From assembly GCA_964437865.1 (NCBI GenBank), contig CAYTJG010000001.1, forward strand, positions 5,544 through 69,543: a DNA stretch of 64,000 nucleotides, written 5' to 3'. The notes under the pieces are model-generated. The model did no database searches. It was not told the origin of the DNA and saw only the letters and a list, made by a program, of their open reading frames with translations. Both the position numbers and the translations under genes were made by a program. This DNA is from an uncultured Bifidobacteriaceae bacterium. GTDB taxonomy: Bacteria > Verrucomicrobiota > Verrucomicrobiia > Limisphaerales > UBA11358. Shown one piece after another: positions 44,492 to 54,675 of this stretch (within the stretch, counting starts at the first letter, position 1; the number at the start of each line of letters is the position of its first letter).

Positions 44492-45715
44492 ATGAAAATT
44501 CCTGACTCAACCATTTTGGGCGCAAAGCCTCCTTTATTGCGCGAGCATTTAACGAGCGTTCTGCAAGGAATTCAGGTTGAGGCGTGGGAAATTGATCAAC
44601 GCAAACTTGCTCTGCCGGCAAACGACTGCTGGTTTGTCAGGAAATATACGCTGCATGGCGGGCGACAGGAAGGGGTGGATGTTGTTGAAGTGGATAACGG
44701 GCGGCTGCGCTTTTTGGTCTCGCCGACCCGCGGCATGAGTGTGCTAAGAGTTGAGACCGGTGATGTGCGGCTGGGCTGGGATTCTCCGGTGACGGAGGTT
44801 GTCCATCCAAAGTTCATCAATTTGGAAAGCCGAGGCGGACTTGGCTGGCTGGCAGGTTTCAACGAATGGCTGGTCCGTTGTGGGTTGGAGTGGGCGGGAC
44901 ATCCGGGGCGCGACAAATTTCTTAACAATGCCGGAGACGAGGTTGAAATGGATCTGACCTTGCATGGCAAGATTGGAAATACGCCGGCGTCGGAAGTCGA
45001 GGTGTTGGTTGAGGGCGGACCACCGCCCCGGATCCATGTGCGCGGGCTGTTGCACGAGCGGATGTTTCACGGGCCGAAGCTGTCCTTTTGGGCGGATATT
45101 TCCACGGAGCTTGGCTCAAATTCCCTTCGGTTTGATGACGCGATCACGAATTACGGCGCGGAGGAGCAGGAATTTCAAATCATTTACCACGCCAACTTCG
45201 GCCCCCCGTTGCTGGAGCAGGGCGCCCGACTGGTCGCGGCCTTGGACCGGGTCGAGTCATTCAACGACCACGCGGCCAGGAGTGTGCAGACGTTTAGTGA
45301 ATTTGGAGCCCCGCAAACTGGCTTCGTCGAGCAGGTTTATTGTCTCCATCCGTTGGCGGGCGCGGATGGCCGCACCGAATTATTGTTGCAAAACGCGAGC
45401 GGGAACCGCGGTGTCTCGCTTGCTTTTCCCATCCGGCAGCTTCCGTGTGTGACGCTATGGAAAAACCTGGCGTCGGGAACCGAAGGTTATGTGACTGGAA
45501 TTGAACCGGGCACGGGCTTTCCGTATACGCGGCGTCTGGAGCGCCAAGCGGGGCGGGTGCCAAAGCTCGGACCGAACGAAACGCGTCGCTTTACGATTGA
45601 TGTCTCAATTCATGCGGATTCGGCCGGCGTGCAGTCTGCCAACGGTCGCATTCTAGACATCCAAGGGGACGTCAAAAAATCGTTAAAGGGTTTCAGCAGC
45701 ATGGGTGCTCCCTGA
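44492..45715 (+). CDS. DUF4432-like (aldose-1-epimerase-fold) protein
   Basis: '[38 protein letters not shown]', '[15 protein letters not shown]', '[12 protein letters not shown]' and '[15 protein letters not shown]' fit my memory of the DUF4432 / galactose-mutarotase-like superfamily. It sits within a sugar locus. Confidence 0.55.
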   Translation: MKIPDSTILGAKPPLLREHLTSVLQGIQVEAWEIDQRKLALPANDCWFVRKYTLHGGRQEGVDVVEVDNGRLRFLVSPTRGMSVLRVETGDVRLGWDSPVTEVVHPKFINLESRGGLGWLAGFNEWLVRCGLEWAGHPGRDKFLNNAGDEVEMDLTLHGKIGNTPASEVEVLVEGGPPPRIHVRGLLHERMFHGPKLSFWADISTELGSNSLRFDDAITNYGAEEQEFQIIYHANFGPPLLEQGARLVAALDRVESFNDHAARSVQTFSEFGAPQTGFVEQVYCLHPLAGADGRTELLLQNASGNRGVSLAFPIRQLPCVTLWKNLASGTEGYVTGIEPGTGFPYTRRLERQAGRVPKLGPNETRRFTIDVSIHADSAGVQSANGRILDIQGDVKKSLKGFSSMGAP

Positions 45716-46864
45716 ACTTTTTGCCTCGTTTGTGGGCATTTTGGCGGGCTTGGGCCGTGGCAAATAGGCCCCGCAGGATTCGCGCACGACCAACCGGGGA
45801 GTCAAGGCAATGCTCCGTGCCGGCAGGGTTGGCTCCGCGAGTCGTTCCATCATGGTACGAAAAGCGATCACGGCGATGTCCCGGCAGGGCTGGTGGATCG
45901 TGGTCAGCGGGACCGATACGAGGGTGGCGTATTTCACGTCGTCGAAACCCGCAACTCGGATATCACGTGGCGCGCGCACGCCTTGCGACTCCAAGGCGCG
46001 CACCAATACCGCCGCCGTGTCATCATTGGCGCAGATGACTGCGTCTGCATGCCCACCGGCCAAGAGTGAGCGGACAAATTTCAGGTCGGCTGGGTCTCCT
46101 TTACGAACCCAGTCGGCGGTCGGATCAAGGTGGTTTCTCACGAGCGCTTCGCGCACTCCAGCGATGCGCGCGTCCACGGTCGCGGCCGAGAACGGGCGCG
46201 CCACAAACAAGATTTTATGGCAGCCCATCTTGACCAGATGCTCCGCCAACATGTAGCCGCCGGTCACGTTGTCAATACCCACCAAGTCAAAATCGCTGCG
46301 GCGGGGAAAATCCAGCAGGTCGCGGTCGATGAGGACCACTGGAATTCCAGCCTCCCGGAGGGACTCGGCCAGTTTACTGTTGGCCTGTTCCTGGCCTGGC
46401 AGCAGTTCCGCCGGGGCAAAGAACACGCCGCTGACCTCCCGTTCGATGAACTGTTTGCAAAGCTCCTCCGCATGTTTGAGGCTGGCGTCGGTGTCCACCC
46501 GCGGGTTGGTGGAACCGCCCCAGAGCAGGCCATATTCGTTGACCCGCGCGAGGCTGGCGATTTCGCCGCAAATAATCTGAAAGATTTCGGTGCTGGCCAG
46601 ACCCGGGACAAGCAAGCCCAGGATGCGAGACCCGATGCTCCGTTGGGCATTCGAGCGGACATAAGTGCCCGAACCGGCACGCCGGTCGATCAAACCTTGG
46701 GCTTCCAAGTCTCGCAGTGCCCGCGCGACCGTTGGGCGCGAAACTGTGAATTGTTTGACCAATTGGATTTCGCTGGGCAGGCGCGCCCCCTCTCCGTACC
46801 GGCCGGCGGCGATTTCAGTTTGCAGGTATCTACTGATTTCATGGTGCTTGGGCTTGGATTTCAT
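45683..46864 (-). CDS. Hybrid regulator: GntR-type winged HTH + LacI/PBP-type sugar-binding domain (AraR-like architecture)
   Basis: N-terminal '[41 protein letters not shown]'. C-terminal PBP type I ('[11 protein letters not shown]', 'VSGVFFAP', 'IPVVLIDRD', '[34 protein letters not shown]'). Its 3' end overlaps the convergent DUF4432 gene by 33 bp. Confidence 0.85.
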   Translation of the reverse strand: MKSKPKHHEISRYLQTEIAAGRYGEGARLPSEIQLVKQFTVSRPTVARALRDLEAQGLIDRRAGSGTYVRSNAQRSIGSRILGLLVPGLASTEIFQIICGEIASLARVNEYGLLWGGSTNPRVDTDASLKHAEELCKQFIEREVSGVFFAPAELLPGQEQANSKLAESLREAGIPVVLIDRDLLDFPRRSDFDLVGIDNVTGGYMLAEHLVKMGCHKILFVARPFSAATVDARIAGVREALVRNHLDPTADWVRKGDPADLKFVRSLLAGGHADAVICANDDTAAVLVRALESQGVRAPRDIRVAGFDDVKYATLVSVPLTTIHQPCRDIAVIAFRTMMERLAEPTLPARSIALTPRLVVRESCGAYLPRPKPAKMPTNEAKSSGSTHAAETL

Positions 46865-47059
46865 GGCTGTGGATAGACGGTGATTTTGACAAGGCGGTGA
46901 TTACAGCATTGATAAGTAGATGTATCAGCTATTTTTAATTCTGTCAAGTTTGCCATCGTCTAAAGCATGATTCGTGGTAAAATCTGTTCAATCAATTAAC
47001 CCCAATTCACAGCTTGGTTTGTCGTGACCAGACCGAGCACAATTAGATGGCAATTCGTT

Positions 47060-48034
47060 ATGAAAACATCGTTAAATTACATAATTCTGTTGCTGGCAGT
47101 ACTTTTCGCCGCGGCGGGATGTGACCAGAATACGGCCATCAGTGAGACCCCGAACGGTCCCAGGCACGTGATTGCCGTGATACCCAAGTTGACCAACACG
47201 GTTTTCTGGCAGTCCGTCCTGGTCGGGGCGAAGGAGGCGGGCAAGGACTTTGGCTACGAAATTATCTGGGATGGGCCAGATCGGGAAACCAACAGCACCC
47301 GCCAAATCCAGATTGTAGAAGACGCCATCGCCCGCCACGTGGAGGGCGTTGTCATCGCTCCGGTGGACCGCCAAGAGCTGGTGCCTTCCGTTGACAAGCT
47401 CGCCGATCTGAAAATTCCTTGCGCCATCATTGATTCGGGTTTGGATGCGGTTCACTTCGTTTCGTTCGCCTCCACGGACAATTACCAGGGTGGGGTGCTG
47501 GCGGCACAGCGCATGGGGCATGCGCTCGGCGGCAAGGGCAACATTCTCGTCGTGCGACACATCGCTGGTTCCCATGCGGCGGTCAAGCGCGTGGCGGGTT
47601 TTGTCGACACCATTTCCAATGATTTTCCCGGCATCAAGATTGTGGATTCCCAATCTGGTCAGGACTCGGCGTTAATTGCGAAAAAGGTGACTGAGGAAAT
47701 GCTCCAACGGCATCCGGATGTGCAGGGGCTTTTCGCCTGCAATGTTGACCTGTCGGTGGGGGCCATCGAGGCGTTGGAAGAATCCAAACGCACTGATGTT
47801 AAAATGGTGGCTTTTGATCCGGATAAAATACTTATCGACGGCTTGCGCTCCGGGCAGGTGGTGGCGATCATCGTTCAAGATCCTTTCAAAATGGGCTATG
47901 AGGGGGTGAAAGCATTGGCCTTGAACAACCGGGGGCAATCCAGTCCTCGGCTGATTGACACGGGCGTTGAGGTGGTAACCGCCGAAAATCTCACGGAGCC
48001 CAAAATCATGAGGCTGCTTGGCGAACAGCAATAG
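47060..48034 (+). CDS. Orphan periplasmic sugar-binding lipoprotein (RbsB-like, ABC-type SBP fold)
   Basis: Lipobox 'LLAVLFAAAGC', 'VIAVIPKLTNTVFWQSVLVGAKEA', 'TDNYQGGVLAAQRMG' and 'VVAIIVQDPFKMGYEGVKA'. No ABC permease or ATPase gene is present anywhere in the window. Confidence 0.8.
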   Translation: MKTSLNYIILLLAVLFAAAGCDQNTAISETPNGPRHVIAVIPKLTNTVFWQSVLVGAKEAGKDFGYEIIWDGPDRETNSTRQIQIVEDAIARHVEGVVIAPVDRQELVPSVDKLADLKIPCAIIDSGLDAVHFVSFASTDNYQGGVLAAQRMGHALGGKGNILVVRHIAGSHAAVKRVAGFVDTISNDFPGIKIVDSQSGQDSALIAKKVTEEMLQRHPDVQGLFACNVDLSVGAIEALEESKRTDVKMVAFDPDKILIDGLRSGQVVAIIVQDPFKMGYEGVKALALNNRGQSSPRLIDTGVEVVTAENLTEPKIMRLLGEQQ

Positions 48035-48952
48035 GTTGCTTACGGCGGCCGCCGGCCCCTCAGTTGATTTCTAATCAGGCTTGGCTGGCGGTATGCGGGC
48101 CTGGACCGCTGGTTGACTTTTTGTCGTCGGCTTGAGGGGCGGGAACCGTCGGTAACGCGGCCCGACTCTTGCAGTGGCCCTCGGGCCAAAGCCGCGTACG
48201 TGCTCCGGGATGACGAGTTTTCCGCGAGAGTGATGATTTCTTGACGTTCGATTTGTGCCGACTGCGGGCCTCGGCTCCTCCGCTTGGCGTCTTTGTGCGC
48301 CAATGGCCTCCGATCGAGCAAACCGGAGGCCGCGTTTCTCAGCCGACTTTTGACTTATCTGGACTACCAGGCTCCGCAGGGGGGGGCAAGGCACGCGAAA
48401 GTAATTCTCACGGGACATTTTTCACCGGCCCCTGCTCCTGGCACATCATTTCAAAAGCCGGGCAGTGGACACGACCACTGCAAGCGGACTCATGACGGCA
48501 GGTTCGGCGATCTCCAGGTGTCAGGTCGTTCAGCCGCCGTCGCCCCCCGGGATGGGCCCGCGCCCGCCTGATGTTGAAAGCACGCCGTTTCAGGGGGGCG
48601 CTAGTTTTTATTGACTGCCCCGCTCCGACTTCGTCCGTTCGCCGCATTTCTAATAGCACCGGCGTGAATTCTTACCGTTTATCCAAGCGAAGCGATTATA
48701 CGCAATGTAGTGACAACCATGCTTGTTGTAATTACAACTATTTTCAAACCTGCCTATTCTGCATTTGCATTCTGGTCAGATGCAGATTAAAAAGTACGCA
48801 CACCCAGTGACTGGACCAAAGTGGCCCGATGGCGCGCGATTATTGCGGCCGGTGGTCATTCGGAACTAAGCCGGAGTTTCTCCAGGCTTTGTTAAATCGG
48901 GTGGGCGAAAACCTGACAACCAAGTCAACCGAACAAAAAAAGAGAACAGAAA

Positions 48953-51265
48953 ATGAAAACGAAGAACAAACCCTTAATGACGGTGGCCATCGCTGCTGGA
49001 TTGATTATTGGCGGGATCGGCGTGGCTCGCGCAGTGGAATCAGACACTAACGCAACCACCGTGGCATATTGGAAATTCAGCGGAGTTGAGAGCATTCCAT
49101 TGAGTCCCAGTGGCAATGGCATTCTGGACTTGGCCACCAATGCGGGGCAGGGTATCACGCCGCCGGGGACCGGTCTCGCACCAGCGACAGTGCAAGACCT
49201 TTGGTTCCAAGGTCCCATGGCTTCGAGCCCGACGATTACGAGTACCGTGCCGCCTTCCTCGATGTTCAACGCGAATGATTACTTCAGTGCCGGCTCGGGA
49301 TCCTGGGATTGCGGTGCCGATGAATTTTCCGGTGCCGGTGGCACCCTTACTTGCGACAACACGACCTATGGCAACGCCTTCAACGGCCCCGATTTCACCT
49401 TTGAAGTGTATTTCAAATCCGATACGACAAACGATCCGACGCTCGGTACACAGCAACAGTACCTCATTTTCGATCATCACCAATCGGCTTATGCGTTTAT
49501 TGACTTGAACGACAACGCTGGCAACGACACGAATCAAATCGGCGGCATCCGGTTTTGGAGCTGGAACGTGGCGGTTTTCGGCATCGATTGCCGAATCACG
49601 GCGGCCCAAAACCACGGGCATCGTCTGGATGATGGCCGGTGGCATTATGCCGCCGCCAGATTTAACGAAGCCACCGAGACGATGGACCTTCTGGTGGTGA
49701 ACGAAGATGGTACCAGTGCGGAAACCTCAACCTATGTAACGGTGCCGCTAAATCCGGGTGGTGCCACCAGCCAGGGGCCATTGTTCCTTGGCTGTGACGA
49801 GAACGGGAATGACATATTTGACGGTCAAATCAATCAGATACGTTATTCCAAGGTTTCGTTGCCGGCCGGTCAATTGGTAGCCAACACGACCGCGTGCAGT
49901 ACACCAGTATTCAACAACCCGGCGGCGACGAATTCCGTCCTCGTGGGCGATGTTTTGGCCATTTCGGCGGCATCCTGGCCCGTTTACGCTCAAGGCGGCC
50001 CCCTGAATTTGCAGTGGCAGTTGAACGGCGCAAATATTTCAGGGCAAACCAATCTGGCCGCAAATCTGTTCCCGGTAACGGCGGCTGATGCGGGCTCCTA
50101 TCAGCTGGTTGCCACGACCCCGTGCGGCGGCATTTCCGCCACCAGCGCACCGATCGTCGTCAACGTGGCTCCCAAAGTGCCCGTCAATCTAGCCCGCTGG
50201 AGCTTTGAAAACGTTATTAATCCATTGAACGACGCCACCCCGCCGGTTCCAATCGCGCAATGTGGTATTGCCAGCGTGGATAGTTTTTACTATCCATTGA
50301 TCACCTTTAACAATGGTCCCATCCAGCCGGCCGGGGCCAATGGTGGAATCGCACTGACGAACGTGGTGCCGCCGGCCTCAATGTTTATCAATGGGAATGG
50401 CGCGGGAACGAATGCCTTTGACCCCTCATTCATCTATGGTGTGAACGGCGTGGTGTTTTACCCGAATGGCAGCTATCCGGGCGATCCCTTTGATTTTCGA
50501 ACCCAGTTTTCGCTGGAATTGTTTTTCCAGACCTATGGCGATCAGAGTGCCAACGGTACAATGGAACTGATCTGCCAGGGCTCCGATGGCGGCAACACCT
50601 TCGAATATGGGGTTAATATCAACCAGACAGCGAACGGTGCGCTGAGCTTCAAGGTCAACAACGACGCCATTGCCCCGACCGGCCCGTCGTTTGAAGACAC
50701 CAACGCCGGGATTCAGTCGGTCGTACTGTCCGACCGAAACTATGCCGATGGCGCCTGGCACTATCTGGTGGCAAAATATGATTCTAGCGCCAACACGATC
50801 AGTCTGTCGGTTGCCAATGTGGACGGCTCCGGCACCAATGCGACCGTGGCCTTGCCCGCTGGATACAGTCCATTGTCGGCCAACAACGAAGGCAATTTGT
50901 TTATCGGCCGGTATCGCTATCCGTTCGTTGATAACCCGGCCTCCCAATCGGATCCGCGCACCTTTATGGGCGCCATTGATGAAGTGCAAGTCTCCTCCGG
51001 CTTGGTGACACCCGCCACTGGGCAGTTGGGGTACCTCCCGGTTCCGCCCAGTATCACAGGCATCATGATCAGTGGCAACACGGTCACGATTAATTTCACT
51101 GGCAACGCCGCCGCCGCCGCGTCGTCCTACAAATTGGTGGGCTCGCCCACAATTAACGGAACCTACTCAGCCACGGGAGCGGCCATTACGTCGCTTGGCG
51201 GTGGCAGTTTTCAGGCGACGATCAACAAGAGCGGTAGCGCGGAGTTTTATCGGGTTGCGCATTGA
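48953..51265 (+). CDS. Secreted LamG - Ig-like - LamG protein with a conserved C-terminal domain
   Basis: Signal peptide 'MKTKNKPLMTVAIAAGLIIGGIGVARA'. LamG ends 'FDGQINQIRYSKVSLPAGQL' and 'MGAIDEVQVSSGLVTPATG'. Ig-like 'LNLQWQLNGANISGQTNLAANLFPVTAADAGSYQLVATTPCG'. The protein ends '...SAEFYRVAH'. Its C-terminal half is collinear with the C-terminal half of the GH32 protein at 56915-60430. Confidence 0.8.
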   Translation: MKTKNKPLMTVAIAAGLIIGGIGVARAVESDTNATTVAYWKFSGVESIPLSPSGNGILDLATNAGQGITPPGTGLAPATVQDLWFQGPMASSPTITSTVPPSSMFNANDYFSAGSGSWDCGADEFSGAGGTLTCDNTTYGNAFNGPDFTFEVYFKSDTTNDPTLGTQQQYLIFDHHQSAYAFIDLNDNAGNDTNQIGGIRFWSWNVAVFGIDCRITAAQNHGHRLDDGRWHYAAARFNEATETMDLLVVNEDGTSAETSTYVTVPLNPGGATSQGPLFLGCDENGNDIFDGQINQIRYSKVSLPAGQLVANTTACSTPVFNNPAATNSVLVGDVLAISAASWPVYAQGGPLNLQWQLNGANISGQTNLAANLFPVTAADAGSYQLVATTPCGGISATSAPIVVNVAPKVPVNLARWSFENVINPLNDATPPVPIAQCGIASVDSFYYPLITFNNGPIQPAGANGGIALTNVVPPASMFINGNGAGTNAFDPSFIYGVNGVVFYPNGSYPGDPFDFRTQFSLELFFQTYGDQSANGTMELICQGSDGGNTFEYGVNINQTANGALSFKVNNDAIAPTGPSFEDTNAGIQSVVLSDRNYADGAWHYLVAKYDSSANTISLSVANVDGSGTNATVALPAGYSPLSANNEGNLFIGRYRYPFVDNPASQSDPRTFMGAIDEVQVSSGLVTPATGQLGYLPVPPSITGIMISGNTVTINFTGNAAAAASSYKLVGSPTINGTYSATGAAITSLGGGSFQATINKSGSAEFYRVAH

Positions 51266-51279
51266 TAGTGAAAAATACA

Positions 51280-51311
51280 GCCGGCCTGCGGCCCGCAAAC
51301 CGCAGGCCGGC
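51280..51311 (+). terminator. Perfect 12-bp GC-rich stem-loop (no U-tract) between the LamG gene and the pseudopilin gene
   Basis: 'gccggcctgcgg-cccgcaaa-ccgcaggccggc' starts 15 bp after the stop and is followed by 'ataacttgg'. It is likely an intercistronic stabiliser or attenuator. Confidence 0.35.
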
Positions 51312-51345
51312 ATAACTTGGCAAAATATAATACAATTCACAGATT

Positions 51346-52161
51346 ATGAAACCAGTCAATTCAGAGCTTCAATCTCCACCCCGGCGCGCATTTACTCTCA
51401 TCGAGCTGCTTGTGGTTATTGCCATCATCGCCATCCTGGCGGCCATGTTGCTGCCGGCGCTGGCCTCGGCGAAGAGCAAGGCTGTCCGGATCAGTTGCGT
51501 GAACAATCTCAAGCAAATGGCCTTGTTTACGCAAGTCTACACGGATGACAACAATGATCAATTTCCAACCGCGGCGGCCTCTTGGGGAAATGGCGACGAA
51601 CTTACCAACTGGTGGGGAACGGCCATTTGCGGCGGCGGCACCAACAATTATAATTCTTTTCACGACCCTGCGGTCAAATCGGCCATAACGCTGCCCGGTG
51701 GAGCTACATGGAACTGGGCGTTCAACTTTAACCTGGTTGGTTATGGCTATAATTCCTTCTTTTTGAGTTGCACACCCAACGCTCCAGGCACGGTCTCGGT
51801 GGCGGGGTATAAGTTTAACAGCGCGGCGAACTACAAACGCAGCGCTATTTTGCATCCGGTGGACTGCCTGGTGTTTGGCGACAAGCAGCCCAAGCCCGAT
51901 CTGACAGCCAGCGGCAGCTTGTGGTGGCCCAACGCCAGCATGCATCAGCCGAGTGCCTCCGGTGACTACGAAGGAATCGACACTACGCGTCATTATGGCG
52001 GGAGGTTCCCGGGCGTGGGCAATGTCGGGTTCTCTGATGGTCACGCTGAATCGAGATTGGAGGCGAGAATCAACCCGCCGGTTGATCCTACGAGTGGATC
52101 AACTCAGGGTTTGATTAATTCCCAATACTGGGACCCCAGGCAGGCGGCCGGGCAGCAATAA
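51346..52161 (+). CDS. Prepilin-type N-terminal cleavage/methylation-domain protein (pseudopilin-like), second copy
   Basis: '[47 protein letters not shown]' is nearly identical to the 27999 protein over the first ~45 residues. The C-terminal motif is '[12 protein letters not shown]'. Confidence 0.85.
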   Translation: MKPVNSELQSPPRRAFTLIELLVVIAIIAILAAMLLPALASAKSKAVRISCVNNLKQMALFTQVYTDDNNDQFPTAAASWGNGDELTNWWGTAICGGGTNNYNSFHDPAVKSAITLPGGATWNWAFNFNLVGYGYNSFFLSCTPNAPGTVSVAGYKFNSAANYKRSAILHPVDCLVFGDKQPKPDLTASGSLWWPNASMHQPSASGDYEGIDTTRHYGGRFPGVGNVGFSDGHAESRLEARINPPVDPTSGSTQGLINSQYWDPRQAAGQQ

Positions 52162-52333
52162 TCGAGCACGGTCCACTATTTCGAGCCAAGTATGATCCGG
52201 CGACTGCATTTCGGGCCGAACGACACGGCTTCGGCCCGCCGGCTCAGGTGCCGCCCCGGTCAAAGGCAAGAACTGTTTGCGATGTGGGACACGCGTGGTT
52301 GCCCGTCGGACAACTGGGCAAAATAGATTGTAC

Positions 52334-53719
52334 ATGAATGATATTACCTCCATAAATGCCTTGCCGGTGGAAGTGGCTGGCAGGGTCCGGGCTTTCAATA
52401 GCCGTATCTTTTTCTGGTCCATCACTTCCGCACTGGCAGGGTTCCTTTTCGGTTTCGACACGGTCGTCATTTCGGGAGCGGAACAGAAAATCCAGGCGCT
52501 CTGGGGACTGAGCGCCGGGCTGCACGGGCTTGCCATGGGGTCGGCACTCTATGGCACTGTGTTGGGTTCGTTGTTTGGCGGCTGGCCCACGGACTTTTTT
52601 GGACGCAAGAAAACTTTGCTGTGCATCGGTTTGCTTTACATTATCTCGGCGGTGGGTTGCAGCCTCGCCAGCGGCGTGGCCATGTTCATTGCCGCGCGGG
52701 TGATCGGCGGCATCGGGATTGGTGTTTCGACGGTGGCCGCGCCACTCTACATCTCAGAGATTGCGCCGCCCCGCCATCGCGGACGTCTCGCAGGCATGTT
52801 TCAGTTTAATATCGTCTTTGGCATTGTCATCGCTTTCGCTTCCAATTGGTTGCTGGCCGGCATCGGTGAGAATGCCTGGCGTTGGATGTTGGGGGTGGCC
52901 GCCATTCCATCTCTGATTTACACCATCATGTGTTTCAGCCTTCCGGAAAGTCCGCGTTGGCTGATTGGTCGCAAGGGTGATCGCGCCGCCGGTGTGAAGG
53001 TTCTGAAACTCATCGAACCGGAGGCGTTGTCGGCGGAGATTGAGGCGGATGCCAATGCGATTCTTGCTGCGTCCTCCGAGCGTGTCACTTCCGCCAGGTT
53101 CTGGACTTGGGGGTTGCGGGTGCCGATCATGCTGGCGTTTTTCATCGCTTTCTTCAACCAGCTATCCGGAATTAATGCCATCCTCTACTTCGCGCCGCGC
53201 ATTTTTGAGATGACCGGCCTGGGCGCCAAGGCGGCATTGCTGCAATCCGTCGGCATCGGAATCACGAATTTGATCTTCACTTTCATCGGCTTGTGGCTGA
53301 TTGACCGGCTCGGCCGCCGAACCTTGTTGTTCATCGGATCGTTTGGCTACATCCTTTCGTTGGGGCTGACGGCCTGGGCTTTTTTCACCCAACATTACAG
53401 CATTGTGCCGGCCTGCATTTTCGGATTTATTGCCGCCCACGCCATCGGTCAGGGGGCGGTTATCTGGGTGTTCATTTCCGAAATTTTCCCCAACCGCCAC
53501 CGCGCTGAAGGGCAGACGCTCGGCAGTTCTACCCATTGGATTTTTGCCGCACTACTCACGACCTTCTTTCCCAAGATGGTCTCGGTGTTCCCGCCGGGAT
53601 ATATCTTTGCATTCTTCACTTTTATGATGGTCCTGCAATTAATCTGGGTGAAAACCATGGTGCACGAAACCAAAGGTGTACCGTTGGAGCAGATCCAAAA
53701 ACGCCTGGGTATTGAGTAA
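52334..53719 (+). CDS. MFS sugar porter family transporter (sugar:H+ symporter)
   Basis: Sugar porter signatures 'GFLFGFDTVVISGA', 'FGRKKTLL', 'PESPRWL', 'GPVIW-like GAVIWVFISEIFP' and 'PETKG-like HETKGVPLE', with 12 predicted TM segments. The ORF opens at 52277. Confidence 0.85.
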   Translation: MNDITSINALPVEVAGRVRAFNSRIFFWSITSALAGFLFGFDTVVISGAEQKIQALWGLSAGLHGLAMGSALYGTVLGSLFGGWPTDFFGRKKTLLCIGLLYIISAVGCSLASGVAMFIAARVIGGIGIGVSTVAAPLYISEIAPPRHRGRLAGMFQFNIVFGIVIAFASNWLLAGIGENAWRWMLGVAAIPSLIYTIMCFSLPESPRWLIGRKGDRAAGVKVLKLIEPEALSAEIEADANAILAASSERVTSARFWTWGLRVPIMLAFFIAFFNQLSGINAILYFAPRIFEMTGLGAKAALLQSVGIGITNLIFTFIGLWLIDRLGRRTLLFIGSFGYILSLGLTAWAFFTQHYSIVPACIFGFIAAHAIGQGAVIWVFISEIFPNRHRAEGQTLGSSTHWIFAALLTTFFPKMVSVFPPGYIFAFFTFMMVLQLIWVKTMVHETKGVPLEQIQKRLGIE

Positions 53720-53727
53720 AACTGAAC

Positions 53728-54666
53728 ATGAATTTCAAGATTATTGGCATCGGCGAGGTCCTGTGGGATTTGCTGCCGTCTGGCCCGCAACTCGGTGGTG
53801 CACCGGCGAATTTCGCCTATCATGCCCGCGCCCTCGGCGCGGATGCCTGCGTGGTTACACGCGTGGGCAGGGATGATTTCGGCCGGGCCATATTGCGGCG
53901 GTTTGAGGAGCAGGGGATCGCCGACGGCACCGTGCAAGTTGATGACGAAGTTGCGACCGGCACTGTTACCGTCATGCTGTCCGAGACTGGCATTCCCACG
54001 TATACTATCCACGAGAATGTCGCGTGGGATCGGTTGGCCGTTACCGCTGCTGCGCTCAACGCGATTCGCCGTGCCGATGCGATTTGTTTTGGCAGTCTCG
54101 CGCAGCGGAGTGACGAATCGCGGGCTGCCATCCAGCGCCTGGTGAGCGCCGCGCCGGCAGATTCCCTCCGGGTTTTCGATATCAACTTGCGCCAGAAATA
54201 CTATTCCCGCGAGGTTATTGAAGAGTCATTACGTCTGGCCAACGTGCTCAAGCTAAATGATGGCGAACTGCCGATTCTTGCGGGTATGTTTGAATTGCCC
54301 GGTTCGACGCAACAGCAAATCGAACGACTGGCGCAGAGGTTTGGCTTGCAACTGGTCGCCCTGACGCGTGGTCCAGCAGGCAGCCTCTTGTTCAGGGCGG
54401 GAAAATGGTCCGACTGTCCATCCTTGCCGATCAAGGTAGTGGATACGGTCGGTGCCGGCGATTCATTCACGGCGGCATTGGTCATGGGGCAGTTGCAGCG
54501 AATGGAACTGGACGAAATTAACCATCTCGCGGATGAAGTCGCCCGCTACGTTTGCGCCTGCGCCGGGGCCACACCGTCATTACCCGAGTCCATCCGTCAG
54601 AGGTTCGGTTCCGGCTGTTGCCGGCGAAGGTCCGAGTTTAACTTAAACCACCCCGTCAGCACCTAA
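53728..54666 (+). CDS. PfkB-family carbohydrate kinase, probable fructokinase
   Basis: 'IGIGEVLWDLLPSGPQLGGAPANFAYHARALG' and 'DTVGAGDSFTAAL' are the PfkB N- and C-terminal signatures. It is sandwiched between a sugar porter and GH32 genes. Confidence 0.8.
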   Translation: MNFKIIGIGEVLWDLLPSGPQLGGAPANFAYHARALGADACVVTRVGRDDFGRAILRRFEEQGIADGTVQVDDEVATGTVTVMLSETGIPTYTIHENVAWDRLAVTAAALNAIRRADAICFGSLAQRSDESRAAIQRLVSAAPADSLRVFDINLRQKYYSREVIEESLRLANVLKLNDGELPILAGMFELPGSTQQQIERLAQRFGLQLVALTRGPAGSLLFRAGKWSDCPSLPIKVVDTVGAGDSFTAALVMGQLQRMELDEINHLADEVARYVCACAGATPSLPESIRQRFGSGCCRRRSEFNLNHPVST

Positions 54667-54675
54667 TCAGAAACA

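Noticed and set aside
46865-47059. A 'TGATAagtagatgTATCA' inverted repeat in the GntR-PBP / SBP divergent region, considered as an operator.
   Set aside because: The arms are only 5 bp with an 8-bp spacer, which is indistinguishable from chance in AT-rich intergenic DNA without comparative data.
48043-48054. A perfect palindrome 'cggcggccgccg' right after the sugar-binding protein stop, considered as a possible terminator.
   Set aside because: It has no loop and no downstream T-tract. It is too short to call a terminator and could arise by chance in GC-rich DNA.
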